Positions 31,966 through 41,576 of a stretch of 64,000 bases of DNA are shown piece after piece (within the stretch, counting starts at the first letter, position 1; each line of letters starts with the position of its first letter). The translations under genes and the position numbers were made by a program. Source of the DNA: Candidatus Heimdallarchaeum endolithica (GTDB lineage Archaea > Asgardarchaeota > Heimdallarchaeia > Heimdallarchaeales > Heimdallarchaeaceae); assembly GCA_021513715.1 (NCBI GenBank), contig CP084167.1, positions 1,312,001 to 1,376,000 of the forward strand, in the 5' to 3' direction. Under the pieces are notes generated by a model. It ran no database searches and had not been told where the DNA came from. It saw only the letters and a program-made list of their open reading frames with translations.

Positions 31966-32075
31966 TAGTACTTCCGCAATAAGTTGACTGATTTCTATAG
32001 GTTAAAATTATAGGAGTTCATACTATCATTGGCGTGTTCTCAATTCATACTTTTTGAGATAATTCGGAAGTACTA
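31966..32075. repeat. 11-bp perfect inverted repeat in a divergent promoter region
   Basis: TAGTACTTCCG at 31966-31976 and CGGAAGTACTA at 32065-32075. Confidence 0.75.
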
Positions 32076-32168
32076 TAAAATTAAACAAGCTTTAAATAGA
32101 GCTATTCCACTTTGAAAAAGATTAAAAAGCTAAATGAGATAATAGCATTAAATATTCATGGTGATAAA

Positions 32169-32528
32169 ATGAGTTTTCAAGATGAAATTCAGAGAGTAGC
32201 AACAGAAGGAACTCTTGGAGTTGTATGGTTAATTGGTGATGATGGAAAAATCTATTATACTTATGGTGAATGGGCAGTAGACCCATTAGTTGCCTTTAAT
32301 GCCTGGAAAGCACAGAATCCCGCAGTTAATTTGGGTGGAATCAAATTCACTGTAATTGCGATATCCCCCGAACGTCTGATTTCAAAAAATATGGGCGGTC
32401 AAGGCTACGTTATTGTAGCTAAGTGCGCTAATTGGCCTGGTGCTATCGTTGCTTGGGCTCCTGCTACAGTTCAGATGGACTATGCATATGCAGCAGCAGC
32501 AAGACTCGCTGCCAAAGTACAAGGTTAG
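32169..32528 (+). CDS. Asgard profilin
   Basis: 119 aa from an ATG preceded by GGTGA. LIGDDGKI..W..LGGIKF..ERLISKN.GGQG.V parallels Loki-type profilins (IIGKDGKI..W..IQGIKY..ERKIGTN.TGKGHV, recalled). Confidence 0.85.
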   Translation: MSFQDEIQRVATEGTLGVVWLIGDDGKIYYTYGEWAVDPLVAFNAWKAQNPAVNLGGIKFTVIAISPERLISKNMGGQGYVIVAKCANWPGAIVAWAPATVQMDYAYAAAARLAAKVQG

Positions 32529-32577
32529 AAAATTGTTTTCCCACCCTTATTTTTCAATTAAAAAGCAATCTATTTTT

Positions 32578-32835
32578 TTGAAAATTTATGTAAAGACTCG
32601 TTCTCCAAAAGAGAAAATTGTAGTTGAAGAGGATAAAGTTGTTGTTTTTGTAAAAAAACCACCAGATAAAGGAAAAGCAAACAAAGAGATAATTTCTTTT
32701 CTTTCAAAAGAATTAAATTGCTCATCAAATGATATAGAAATCGTATCAGGAATGAAATCGCACTTTAAAACTCTAAAAATAGATAATAAAAGCGAGGAAG
32801 AAATTATTAAATTCTTAGAACGTTTTAAAGAATAA
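32578..32835 (+). CDS. DUF167/YggU family protein
   Basis: PPDKGKANKE, IVSGMKSHFK; probable TTG start at 32578. Confidence 0.88.
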   Translation: MKIYVKTRSPKEKIVVEEDKVVVFVKKPPDKGKANKEIISFLSKELNCSSNDIEIVSGMKSHFKTLKIDNKSEEEIIKFLERFKE

Positions 32836-32872
32836 AAAAAAACTATCTATTTTTTACTCAAACAAAGAAAGA

Positions 32873-33466
32873 CTATAATACCATTTTTTCAAATGCGCGA
32901 ATTAACTCGTTTCTATCAGACAATGTCTGTTCAAAACTATTAACAATAGAACTAAGTATTTTAACATCATCTTCTGCATTTTCTAACATCATTTCTTCTA
33001 AGTTAGTATTAGCTTTTGCTACTCTTTCTTTAAGATCCACTGCTATATCAAGAATTTCGATTTCTAGAAGGTATAGAATTGAAAGGTCTATTCCATTTGG
33101 TCCTTCAACATCATCGATATCAAAAAATGTGCTTTTATGATAATCTGTATTTGCAACTTCTCTTCTTAACTTTTCCAATTTCTTCTTTATTTCACCAACC
33201 AAACCCCATGTAGTAATTAGTTGTGAGTGAATTAATAATTCATGAACTTTACTCATCCCATCAGAAGCGTTTCTAAGAAGTTCTAGTAAATGTTCTCTAA
33301 AAGCGATATCTGAAGATTGTCTTACATCTTTATTTTTATAACCATAGTAGTTTGAAATGTTTGCTCTTAATAACCTTAAAGCTTCGCTATCTCCTTCATC
33401 TACTATATCTTGCTTTTTACTTTTTTCTTTATCTTTTTCTTTTCTTTTATTTTTTCTTCCAAACAT
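32873..33466 (-). CDS. Helical hypothetical protein
   Basis: 197-aa ORF following lig; YYGY...R.SD..FRE motif; function unknown. Confidence 0.7.
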   Translation of the reverse strand: MFGRKNKRKEKDKEKSKKQDIVDEGDSEALRLLRANISNYYGYKNKDVRQSSDIAFREHLLELLRNASDGMSKVHELLIHSQLITTWGLVGEIKKKLEKLRREVANTDYHKSTFFDIDDVEGPNGIDLSILYLLEIEILDIAVDLKERVAKANTNLEEMMLENAEDDVKILSSIVNSFEQTLSDRNELIRAFEKMVL

Positions 33467-33475
33467 ATTATCACC

Positions 33476-35251
33476 CTACGATTCTCCTTTCTGATTTAAA
33501 AAAATTGTTACAATTTCGTTTACAGTTGTAGCATCTTCAGGATTTTTATCTTCAACAATTCTTCCAGTAAAACGAGGAAAACGAAGCGCTAACCCATCAT
33601 TTAATCCTTTTAACCATCCTCTTGCACAAGTATGTAATTGACTTATAGTTATTTCAGCCCCAGTCACTTCTATCACTATTTTTGGTTCAAACCAAACTGA
33701 ACATTCAATTTCGCTCACTACTTCCTTTGGTTTGTTATTTAATTTGATATTACTAAGTTTCTGATAGAAAAAGTCTAAATCTTTATCTGAAAAACCAGTT
33801 GCGACTCTTGTAAAAGTTTTGAAATTTCCCTCTTCAGTATCGAAACATGCAAGCAAGAATGTACCATATTTTCCTGTTCTCTTTCCCTTCCCATAGTCTG
33901 CTCCTATTATTACTAAATCAAAAGAATCAGAAAGTTTGTCTACATAATCTGCTTTATACTTAACCCATAGCCAACCACGTGCCCCTGCTTGATAAATAGA
34001 ATCTTGATTAATTGACTTAACCATGATACCCTCACAATTATCTTCAAGAGCAGAATTAAAGAAAGTTTCAAGTTCATCTACTGATGAGACTATTGTTTGA
34101 TGGGAAAAACGAATTGTTTCTGTTTCATTTACTAATTCTTTCAAGAGTTTCCTACGTTCTAAATATAACTTATTAAGAGTAGAACAATTATTTGCAAACA
34201 AAACATCAAATAGAAAAACACGTACTGGTATCTCTTGTGCTTTTTCTTCAATATCATGCTTACGTTTCCGTCTAGAAATTGATTGAAAAGGAAGAATTTT
34301 GTTATTTTTCTCATCATAAGCAACAATTTCTCCCTCTACAATGAAATTCTGTTTTTTAGCAGCTTTAATTATCTCATTTTGAACATCAGGAAACTGATAA
34401 GTAATGTTTTCATTATTTCGAGAAAATATTTTGACTATATTATCCTTAACATGTATTTGCGCACGGATTCCATCATATTTATATTCAACAGCACACTTCT
34501 CCCCAAATTTTTCTAATATCTCTTCACTACTCGAAAGACGTTGAGCTAACATAACTTTAACAGGAGAAAAAACTCTGATGTCAATTTCTTTTACTTTTTC
34601 GATACCTCCCTTATATAGGGTTTCAGCAACGTATTCTATATCTGAACATCTATTGTATGCTTTTTCAAGAATATCCTTATTATCTCTATTTCCTGTTTTA
34701 GCAAGTGCAAGAGCTTCTAGAAGTAATTGTGTTGCTATACCTAAACGTAGTTTCGAACTAACTATTCTAACTATATATTTAGCTTCAATAGCAGAGACTC
34801 TAGAAAGCATACCAGCAAGTAAGTTAATTTTTTTATTAGAGGAACCTTCACCAGTTAACTTTGCCAGTTTATCAAAAAAAGACCACACTTCTAAAATTTC
34901 AGGCGCATATTCTGTTTCGCCAGTAAAACTGGAAAGCGTAGTTTGAGTTTTTTTAGATAATAACTTGTATGTGATGCTGCCAAGATCCCCTTTTTGTTCT
35001 AAAATTTGTTTAATATTGGAAGTACTTTTTCCCGTTGTAATTGAAAGTGCTTTGATTGTCATAGATTCAGCTAACATAAGCTCAATACCGACATAATTCG
35101 GATAGATTTTACCTAGAGTTAAAAGAGCAATCTTTCCTATTTCATCTGCATTTGCGTTACAAAGGGTTTCAGACAATATTTCGACCATCTCTATTTTACC
35201 AGAGATTTTTTCAACTTTGGAATATGTTCTACATAGCGTTTTGAACTTCAT
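33476..35251 (-). CDS. lig: ATP-dependent DNA ligase
   Basis: EYKYDGIRAQIH, EGIMVK, WVKYKADY, LRFPRF. Confidence 0.97.
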   Translation of the reverse strand: MKFKTLCRTYSKVEKISGKIEMVEILSETLCNANADEIGKIALLTLGKIYPNYVGIELMLAESMTIKALSITTGKSTSNIKQILEQKGDLGSITYKLLSKKTQTTLSSFTGETEYAPEILEVWSFFDKLAKLTGEGSSNKKINLLAGMLSRVSAIEAKYIVRIVSSKLRLGIATQLLLEALALAKTGNRDNKDILEKAYNRCSDIEYVAETLYKGGIEKVKEIDIRVFSPVKVMLAQRLSSSEEILEKFGEKCAVEYKYDGIRAQIHVKDNIVKIFSRNNENITYQFPDVQNEIIKAAKKQNFIVEGEIVAYDEKNNKILPFQSISRRKRKHDIEEKAQEIPVRVFLFDVLFANNCSTLNKLYLERRKLLKELVNETETIRFSHQTIVSSVDELETFFNSALEDNCEGIMVKSINQDSIYQAGARGWLWVKYKADYVDKLSDSFDLVIIGADYGKGKRTGKYGTFLLACFDTEEGNFKTFTRVATGFSDKDLDFFYQKLSNIKLNNKPKEVVSEIECSVWFEPKIVIEVTGAEITISQLHTCARGWLKGLNDGLALRFPRFTGRIVEDKNPEDATTVNEIVTIFLNQKGES

Positions 35252-35278
35252 TTATACACCCTTAGTCTAGTACTAAAG

Positions 35279-36637
35279 TCATTTCTTTTTTTCTTTTTCA
35301 AAGAGCTTAAGAATTGTTGAATTAAGCTGCTCAATACCTTTTCTAATTTCCTTTAGTTCAACTAGGATTTCATGTGCAACGTTATCAACACTTGTTTCTA
35401 CCTCACTAAACTCAACGTGTTTTTCAACTGGTTCTTGAACTGGAGAAGCCTTTTTGGGTGAGACTTTTTTAGTTTGCTCCAAAATAACACTTTCAGGTTC
35501 AATATATTGTGATTCTGATAATTGCTTTTGAATTTTATCAGTAACAATATATTCTTCTTTTGGTTGTTCTTGGGTAACTCTTTCTTTCTTTTTATCTTTT
35601 TCAGCTTCTTCTTTTTTCATTTGTAAGTATCTCTGAATCATAGCATAGTCTATTCCTCTTTTTCGAGCTAAATCAGTAATTATAATCTCCTTATAGGTTT
35701 GATCTACATTAAAAGTTTCAACTTCTGCTTCTATTTCTTTTATTTGAAGAAGAACTGAAGCTATATCAAGATCAGATATTTTCTCTGGTTTTGATAATAA
35801 TGTAGTAGAAACTGGCTCTTTTCTCTTTTTCTTTTCTACTTCAACTTCCTGCTTACTTATTCCTTCTTCCTTTTGTTTATCCTTTTTTGAAACTGAAACT
35901 TCTTCTTTTTTGGGTTCAATTTTTATTTCAATTTCCTTTTTCGAAGGTTTTTCTGTTATTTGTTTTTCAGCCCATTGGAACAAATTTCTAGCAAATTGCC
36001 TATTATCTCTATTTGTTATACCAGATTTTTTATTGGAAAAAACAGTATAAGAACCACAAACAAAAACCCAGCCATCCCCATATTGTGATAATGCCATAAT
36101 TGTTGCACTTGGAGGGTCACTTGTGTTTCTTGTTCTTGCAAGCTCTGTTACTTCATTATTAATATGAAGAGAACACCCAGAGCAATAAGTTATTTCTTTT
36201 ACCCCTTGTGTTATTGGATGAGGGTAAATTTTTGTTACCACAGGACATGATTCAAGTTGAAAATCGAAGCTTTGGAAGTCAAATATTTGATTTGGTATAA
36301 GTTCAATCCCAAAATGCTTCAACAAACTATTCATATTAGTGTTTAATCCCTTATCTCCGCCTGCGTTGCTAAAAATCATCAAGATATTACCTTCTTCAAC
36401 AAACCTAAGGATGTTTTTTACTTCATGTCCATAAAGTTTTGAGCCGTCAGGACACAAAAAAACTAGAATATCTGCAGAGTTAATAGAACTATACTTTATT
36501 GGAAAAGTATCTAAAACGGCAATTTTATGTCCAGCTTCAGTAAGATCAGCTTCTAAGATACTGAAATTGGAGAAAATTCGTCCTCTTTCTTTCTGTGTTT
36601 CATCAAACAATATTTTCATTATTTTCCCCAAGAACAA
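35279..36637 (-). CDS. GIFT-domain (GldG/IFT52-like) protein with charged linker and C-terminal coiled coil
   Basis: ILFDE, RFVEEG, GGDKGLNTNMNSLLKHFGI, HPITQGV, GSYTVFSN, DNRQFARNLFQW. Confidence 0.7.
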   Translation of the reverse strand: MFLGKIMKILFDETQKERGRIFSNFSILEADLTEAGHKIAVLDTFPIKYSSINSADILVFLCPDGSKLYGHEVKNILRFVEEGNILMIFSNAGGDKGLNTNMNSLLKHFGIELIPNQIFDFQSFDFQLESCPVVTKIYPHPITQGVKEITYCSGCSLHINNEVTELARTRNTSDPPSATIMALSQYGDGWVFVCGSYTVFSNKKSGITNRDNRQFARNLFQWAEKQITEKPSKKEIEIKIEPKKEEVSVSKKDKQKEEGISKQEVEVEKKKRKEPVSTTLLSKPEKISDLDIASVLLQIKEIEAEVETFNVDQTYKEIIITDLARKRGIDYAMIQRYLQMKKEEAEKDKKKERVTQEQPKEEYIVTDKIQKQLSESQYIEPESVILEQTKKVSPKKASPVQEPVEKHVEFSEVETSVDNVAHEILVELKEIRKGIEQLNSTILKLFEKEKKK

Positions 36638-36729
36638 TTATTTCTGTTATTAAAATAGAGACGTAGTCCTTTTAAAACTATTCCCAATTTTTGTAAAGAT
36701 TTATAATACACAATTGCATATTAACACTA

Positions 36730-37701
36730 ATGAGTGTTGTACAATTAAAGTGTAAGATATGTGGAGCACCAATAGACATAAATCCAGAAGACGCGATCTA
36801 TAACTGCAATTCTTGTGGACAAGCTTTTACTGCTGATGGAAAAACATTTGAAAACCATTATTTTTTCCCAAACAGCCTAAATAAAGATAAGGTACATGAA
36901 ATCGTTGGCAGATTTATAAAAAAAAATTCTTTTCTTAGAGGAATAAAAAACTACTCCATAAAATCTATTAAGCCAATGTTACTACCATTTTGGATAGTAA
37001 GAACAAGAAGTAATACCCATTTTCTTGGTTATTTAAAATATTCAGAAACAAGAACTCGTACCTCAGGAAAAAGCACAACTTCTGAATCTGTTACTGTTTA
37101 TAGACCAATTGAAGAAGATATTAATGAAGATAGAACAGACGTGATTCTAGCTAGAAGAGCTACAGTTATCTTTGGTTATAAAAAAGTAAAGAAATTAATA
37201 GAAAGAAATATAGAAAATATGGTTCATTTTGATATTAATCTTTTGAAAGACAAAGAGCATGAATTTCAATATTTATCCACAGAATTTAGTGATATTGACG
37301 CTAACCAACTAATTAAAACAAAGATTTTTGATGAACATAGGAGGAAAGCTGAAAAAAAGTGTACAAAAGTTTTCGACTGTTATACACAAATAACTTTTCT
37401 TGGTACGTTTTTCACTCATTTTCCAGTATGGTTAGTAGAATATGATTTTAAAGGAGAAACATATCGTGTTGTAATAAATGGTAATAATGGTGAAATAATC
37501 AAAGGAGAAATACCTGTTACAAAGTTGTTTAGAATAATTAATTTTTCATTATCAATTCTCATGATTGCATTTGGAATTTTAATTAACTTCTTCTATGGAA
37601 AAAACACAAAACTTATTCCTTGGCTTAGTGGAGGGCTTGTTGCAGTACTATTGTTTTTCACGATTAATAACACTTTCAAACCACTGAGTGTGATAGAATA
37701 G
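36730..37701 (+). CDS. Zinc-ribbon membrane protein (YdjG-like), paralog 1
   Basis: CKICGA..CNSCG, LLPFW, HFPVW, INGNNGEI, two C-terminal TMs. Confidence 0.75.
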   Translation: MSVVQLKCKICGAPIDINPEDAIYNCNSCGQAFTADGKTFENHYFFPNSLNKDKVHEIVGRFIKKNSFLRGIKNYSIKSIKPMLLPFWIVRTRSNTHFLGYLKYSETRTRTSGKSTTSESVTVYRPIEEDINEDRTDVILARRATVIFGYKKVKKLIERNIENMVHFDINLLKDKEHEFQYLSTEFSDIDANQLIKTKIFDEHRRKAEKKCTKVFDCYTQITFLGTFFTHFPVWLVEYDFKGETYRVVINGNNGEIIKGEIPVTKLFRIINFSLSILMIAFGILINFFYGKNTKLIPWLSGGLVAVLLFFTINNTFKPLSVIE

Positions 37702-37715
37702 GAGGAAGAAGGAAA

Positions 37716-38681
37716 ATGAATAAGAATATCAAAAAAATTACATGCCCTCAATGTTCTGCTCCTTTAGAAATTGAGGATACGCAAACAGTTTTTACATGTC
37801 CATATTGTCAGTTTACCTCAAAAATTGAAGAAAAAAAAGAAAAATTTGAACACTATATGCTCCCTGTAAAATACAATATACTAGATATTAGAAAAGAGTT
37901 AATTGGAGATTTAATGAAAAATCCAGGGGTTCCAGACAATTTACATAACAAACTCAAGATTGTTGAATATGAATTAAAATTTATCCCATATTGGATTATT
38001 TCAGTTCATAATCACACAGAATATACAGGAGAAGGAGAGTATGCTACATATTATGATAGATTCAAATCAGGTTGGAGAAAAATCAGATTTCACTTAAAAC
38101 CAGAACAAGGAGTTTTTGATGATGAAAGAGAGTTTACTATATATGCTGCAAAAGAGATAGACAAGGATCTCTTAAATTTCCAAATTTCAACAAGAGGAAA
38201 GAGATATTTCCAAAGACAAGAAATAGAAGAAGAGCAAGCAGTAATTGAGCCAAGCATTATTAATGTTGAACAAGCAAAACTTCAAGGAATTACACTGATT
38301 AGAGAGATACATAAGGGATTGATATTAAAGGAAATAGCACGCATTAATCAAGTAGTAGATAATCCAGAAGTTACAAGTGTTTTTCTTCTTCACATACCGT
38401 TCTATTTTATTAAATTTAAGGTCGGTCGAAGGTATTATCAAGCAAAAATGGAAGCAAACACTGGAAGAACTGTGGTTACACAGATACCAAAGAAGATAAC
38501 TTATACACTACAAGTTGTGTTTTTAGGTGTATTCTTTATTTTAGTCGCTTTATTATCAATTATTCTACTATTATCTAAAATTTCTCCAGTTGGACTCTTC
38601 TTATTAATGACATCTTCAATGTTCTCAATAAGGACATTTCAAGTAGGTTTAAGGCGAAGATATAAAGAAAAAGAAGACTAA
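37716..38681 (+). CDS. Zinc-ribbon membrane protein (YdjG-like), paralog 2
   Basis: CPQCSA..CPYC, FIPYW, HIPFY, EANTGR, two C-terminal TMs. Confidence 0.75.
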   Translation: MNKNIKKITCPQCSAPLEIEDTQTVFTCPYCQFTSKIEEKKEKFEHYMLPVKYNILDIRKELIGDLMKNPGVPDNLHNKLKIVEYELKFIPYWIISVHNHTEYTGEGEYATYYDRFKSGWRKIRFHLKPEQGVFDDEREFTIYAAKEIDKDLLNFQISTRGKRYFQRQEIEEEQAVIEPSIINVEQAKLQGITLIREIHKGLILKEIARINQVVDNPEVTSVFLLHIPFYFIKFKVGRRYYQAKMEANTGRTVVTQIPKKITYTLQVVFLGVFFILVALLSIILLLSKISPVGLFLLMTSSMFSIRTFQVGLRRRYKEKED

Positions 38682-38733
38682 ACACTCCTTTTATTTCTAT
38701 TTTAATTTCATTTTTGTTAAAAAAATTAATTAA

Positions 38734-39273
38734 CTACAAGAAATTTTGTTTAAAAACTTCAAAATCACCGTGGGAATAAAGAACCATATATACTTCTCTA
38801 AGATAAGAAGAATGATTATTGAAAAAATCTTCAAAAACACTACGGATAATTTTTGCACACTCAATAAGTGAAAAACCTGCAATTCCTGTTCCTATTGCAG
38901 GAAAAGCTATACTAGATAATCTATATTGTTCTGCGATTTTTAGAGAATTAATTATAGAATCACGAAGGCTTGAAGCAGTAGTTTTTCCACCTAGGTGCAT
39001 TGAAGCAGCATGAATTACATATTTAGCTTTTAGGTTTCCTCCATTAGTAATAGTAGCTCCACCCAAAGGAATTCGCCCATGTTTATTACACTCTTCTTGA
39101 ATTGATGGTCCTCCTTTTAATCGAATTGCTCCAGCTACTCCTCCTCCAAGAAATAAGTCTGTATTTGCAGCATTAACTATAGCATCAACATCAAAATCAG
39201 TTATATCTCCTCTTGCTAGGTAAATTTTAGTGTTGTTGATTTTCATCGAATACATACTAAGAATATTAAACAA
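38734..39273 (-). CDS. Macro domain protein (ADP-ribose binding/hydrolase)
   Basis: GDIT, IVNAAN, GGGVAGAI, FPAIGTGIAGF. Confidence 0.95.
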   Translation of the reverse strand: MFNILSMYSMKINNTKIYLARGDITDFDVDAIVNAANTDLFLGGGVAGAIRLKGGPSIQEECNKHGRIPLGGATITNGGNLKAKYVIHAASMHLGGKTTASSLRDSIINSLKIAEQYRLSSIAFPAIGTGIAGFSLIECAKIIRSVFEDFFNNHSSYLREVYMVLYSHGDFEVFKQNFL

Positions 39274-39295
39274 GATTAATATTTTAGTGTTCTCA

Positions 39296-40111
39296 CTAGA
39301 TTTGTTCTTTATTAAAGGAGCATATTACAGAATAGACCTCATCTTTTATTTCAAATCCTAATTTTGAGTATACTTTAATAGCAGGTATATTGTCTTTTTC
39401 TACCCACAGAAATATCCTTTTTACACCTTGTTTAATAGCTTTTAAGCACAAGTGATAGGTTATTAATTTTCCATATCCTTTTCCTCTGTATTTTTCATTA
39501 ACCCAGATATCTCTAAACACACAAAGAGAAAACCTATCATTTGTTACTAAGTGAGGAATAAAACCTACAGCAACTAATTCATTGTCTATTATAATTCCAG
39601 AACCACCTAAGCCTTTACTAATCTTCATTATTCGCCTAAGATCCAGAATCTTTCCATGTTTTATTTCATCTAGATCCACAACATCAAGTTTCGGTAAATC
39701 AAATTTGGAATTCTGAAACTTTTCAATATTGAGCTCCATACATAGAAAACGGTTATATTTTCGTGTTGTTACAGATTTTTCTATCAAATTACATTTTGTA
39801 AAATGATCAAAGACTAATGACAACCATTTTTTATTAAAAGACAAAGAAAAAGAAGGATAATTATCTTTAATTTGGTAAACTAAATTTACATTTGGTTCTC
39901 CATAAAGGACTACATAGTGTTCATATGAACAAAATACTGATTGTCCTATAATTTGGAATTTCAACAATTCTGAAGACTTATAGTAATTATCAACCATATA
40001 GCAAAATCTTGGTAGATGCTTTTCTGCTAGATCTAAGAATTGCGAAACCAGAGTCATGTTTTTGCATTTATAGCTCTTGATTAAAAGTCTACCCCACGTA
40101 CTTCTTTTCAT
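39296..40111 (-). CDS. GNAT acetyltransferase (C-terminal GNAT domain)
   Basis: YRGKGYG, NIPAIKVYSKLGF. Confidence 0.85.
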   Translation of the reverse strand: MKRSTWGRLLIKSYKCKNMTLVSQFLDLAEKHLPRFCYMVDNYYKSSELLKFQIIGQSVFCSYEHYVVLYGEPNVNLVYQIKDNYPSFSLSFNKKWLSLVFDHFTKCNLIEKSVTTRKYNRFLCMELNIEKFQNSKFDLPKLDVVDLDEIKHGKILDLRRIMKISKGLGGSGIIIDNELVAVGFIPHLVTNDRFSLCVFRDIWVNEKYRGKGYGKLITYHLCLKAIKQGVKRIFLWVEKDNIPAIKVYSKLGFEIKDEVYSVICSFNKEQI

Positions 40112-40187
40112 CTTTTTCTAAAAAAATTTTTGTCATTCAAAAAAATACAAAAGGAATAAGGTTTTTATTATACAAAACGACAAATAG

Positions 40188-41171
40188 GTGATTGCAATGA
40201 TGTTATTAACACCAGACAAAGAAGAAGAAGAATCTTTTGAAATTAAAGAATATGATGTAGGAATAATAGGACTAGGTCCCGCAGGATTAACCTCTGCTAT
40301 CTATACTTCTCGTGCAGGTTTATCTGTGGTAGTTATAGGTAAAGATTATGGAGGACAAATGGGATTAGCTTTAGAAATAGAAAATTATCCTGGTTTTGAA
40401 AATATTTCAGGAATGGAACTCACAGATAGAATGAAAAACCAAGCTGAGAAATTCGGAGCAAAAATTGTTTTTGCAGAAGCAGATGACATTTATAGGAAAG
40501 AAGATAGGCGATTCTTAATCAAAACGGATATGGGTGAATATTTAGTAAAAGCACTCATTTTAGCAACAGGTGGAAGACATAGAGAACTAAACGTTCCAGG
40601 AGAAAAAGAGTTTATTGGAAGAGGAGTATCATATTGTGCTACTTGTGATGCCTCATTCTTTAAAGAAAAAACTGTAGTTGTGGTAGGTTCTGGAGATGCA
40701 GCAGCAACAGGAACTTTAGCTTTAAGTGATGTCGGAGCCAAAAAGATTTACTGGGTAAGTAGATCTGACTACATGAAATGTGAAAAAATATATTTAGAAC
40801 GAGCTGCACAAAGAGATAATATCGAAATACTATATAACAAACAAGTTGCAGAAATAAAAGGAACAAATACTGTTGAAGAGATAGTATTTAATGATGGAAC
40901 AACACTAAAAGCTGATGGGATATTTGCAGAAATAGGAAATATACCTAACACAGAGTTAGCTGCAAAACTTGGTATAGAACTAGAAGACAACCTTATCAAG
41001 ATAGATGACGAATGTAGAACAAACATTGAAGGAGTTTTTGCTGCAGGAGATGTGACTTCAAAGATAAAAAATCCATTATCAAGACAAGTTACAACATCAG
41101 TAGGATTAGCTACAATAGCAGCAATATCTACAGCGGATTATCTTCAAGCCAGATACACAATTCAAGGATAA
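40188..41171 (+). CDS. trxB: Thioredoxin reductase
   Basis: GLGPAGL, GVSYCATCD, VGSGD, FAAGD. Confidence 0.93.
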   Translation: MIAMMLLTPDKEEEESFEIKEYDVGIIGLGPAGLTSAIYTSRAGLSVVVIGKDYGGQMGLALEIENYPGFENISGMELTDRMKNQAEKFGAKIVFAEADDIYRKEDRRFLIKTDMGEYLVKALILATGGRHRELNVPGEKEFIGRGVSYCATCDASFFKEKTVVVVGSGDAAATGTLALSDVGAKKIYWVSRSDYMKCEKIYLERAAQRDNIEILYNKQVAEIKGTNTVEEIVFNDGTTLKADGIFAEIGNIPNTELAAKLGIELEDNLIKIDDECRTNIEGVFAAGDVTSKIKNPLSRQVTTSVGLATIAAISTADYLQARYTIQG

Positions 41172-41207
41172 TCCTTCCTTTTTTTAATAAAAAAAAGAAA
41201 TTACATA

Positions 41208-41576
41208 AGATACTTTTTATGTAAAAAACTAAATTTTTAGTTTGTGGGGATATTAGGCCAATAACAACCAGAACACATTTGCATTAATAAAGAATTCACG
41301 ATATTGGGGAGTGTCACAACTTTTCCGCTGTCTTTATACATTCAATTCTCATTTATCTAGTGTCTTGAGCTAGATGCTTAAAGACGTAGGTTTCATTCCT
41401 ACGACACCCGGTCTTCCCTGTGGGAGTTATGAGTGCCCGGGATCAGGAGATGAACCCCTTAGAGAACTTAATTAAGACTGTGTCTTTCATGTTCTCTTAA
41501 GCCAGTCTTCACAACTTTCGCTAAGTTTGTTGATTGGTTGGGTAGAGTCCTGAAGAAATTACGTAAAATTTCAACT
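41208..41576. mobile_element. Non-autonomous 369-bp CATR-element, copy 2
   Basis: CATA at both 41204-41207 and 41577-41580. Same ends as copy 1. Inserted at the last sense codon of the gene at 41571-42227. Confidence 0.93.
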
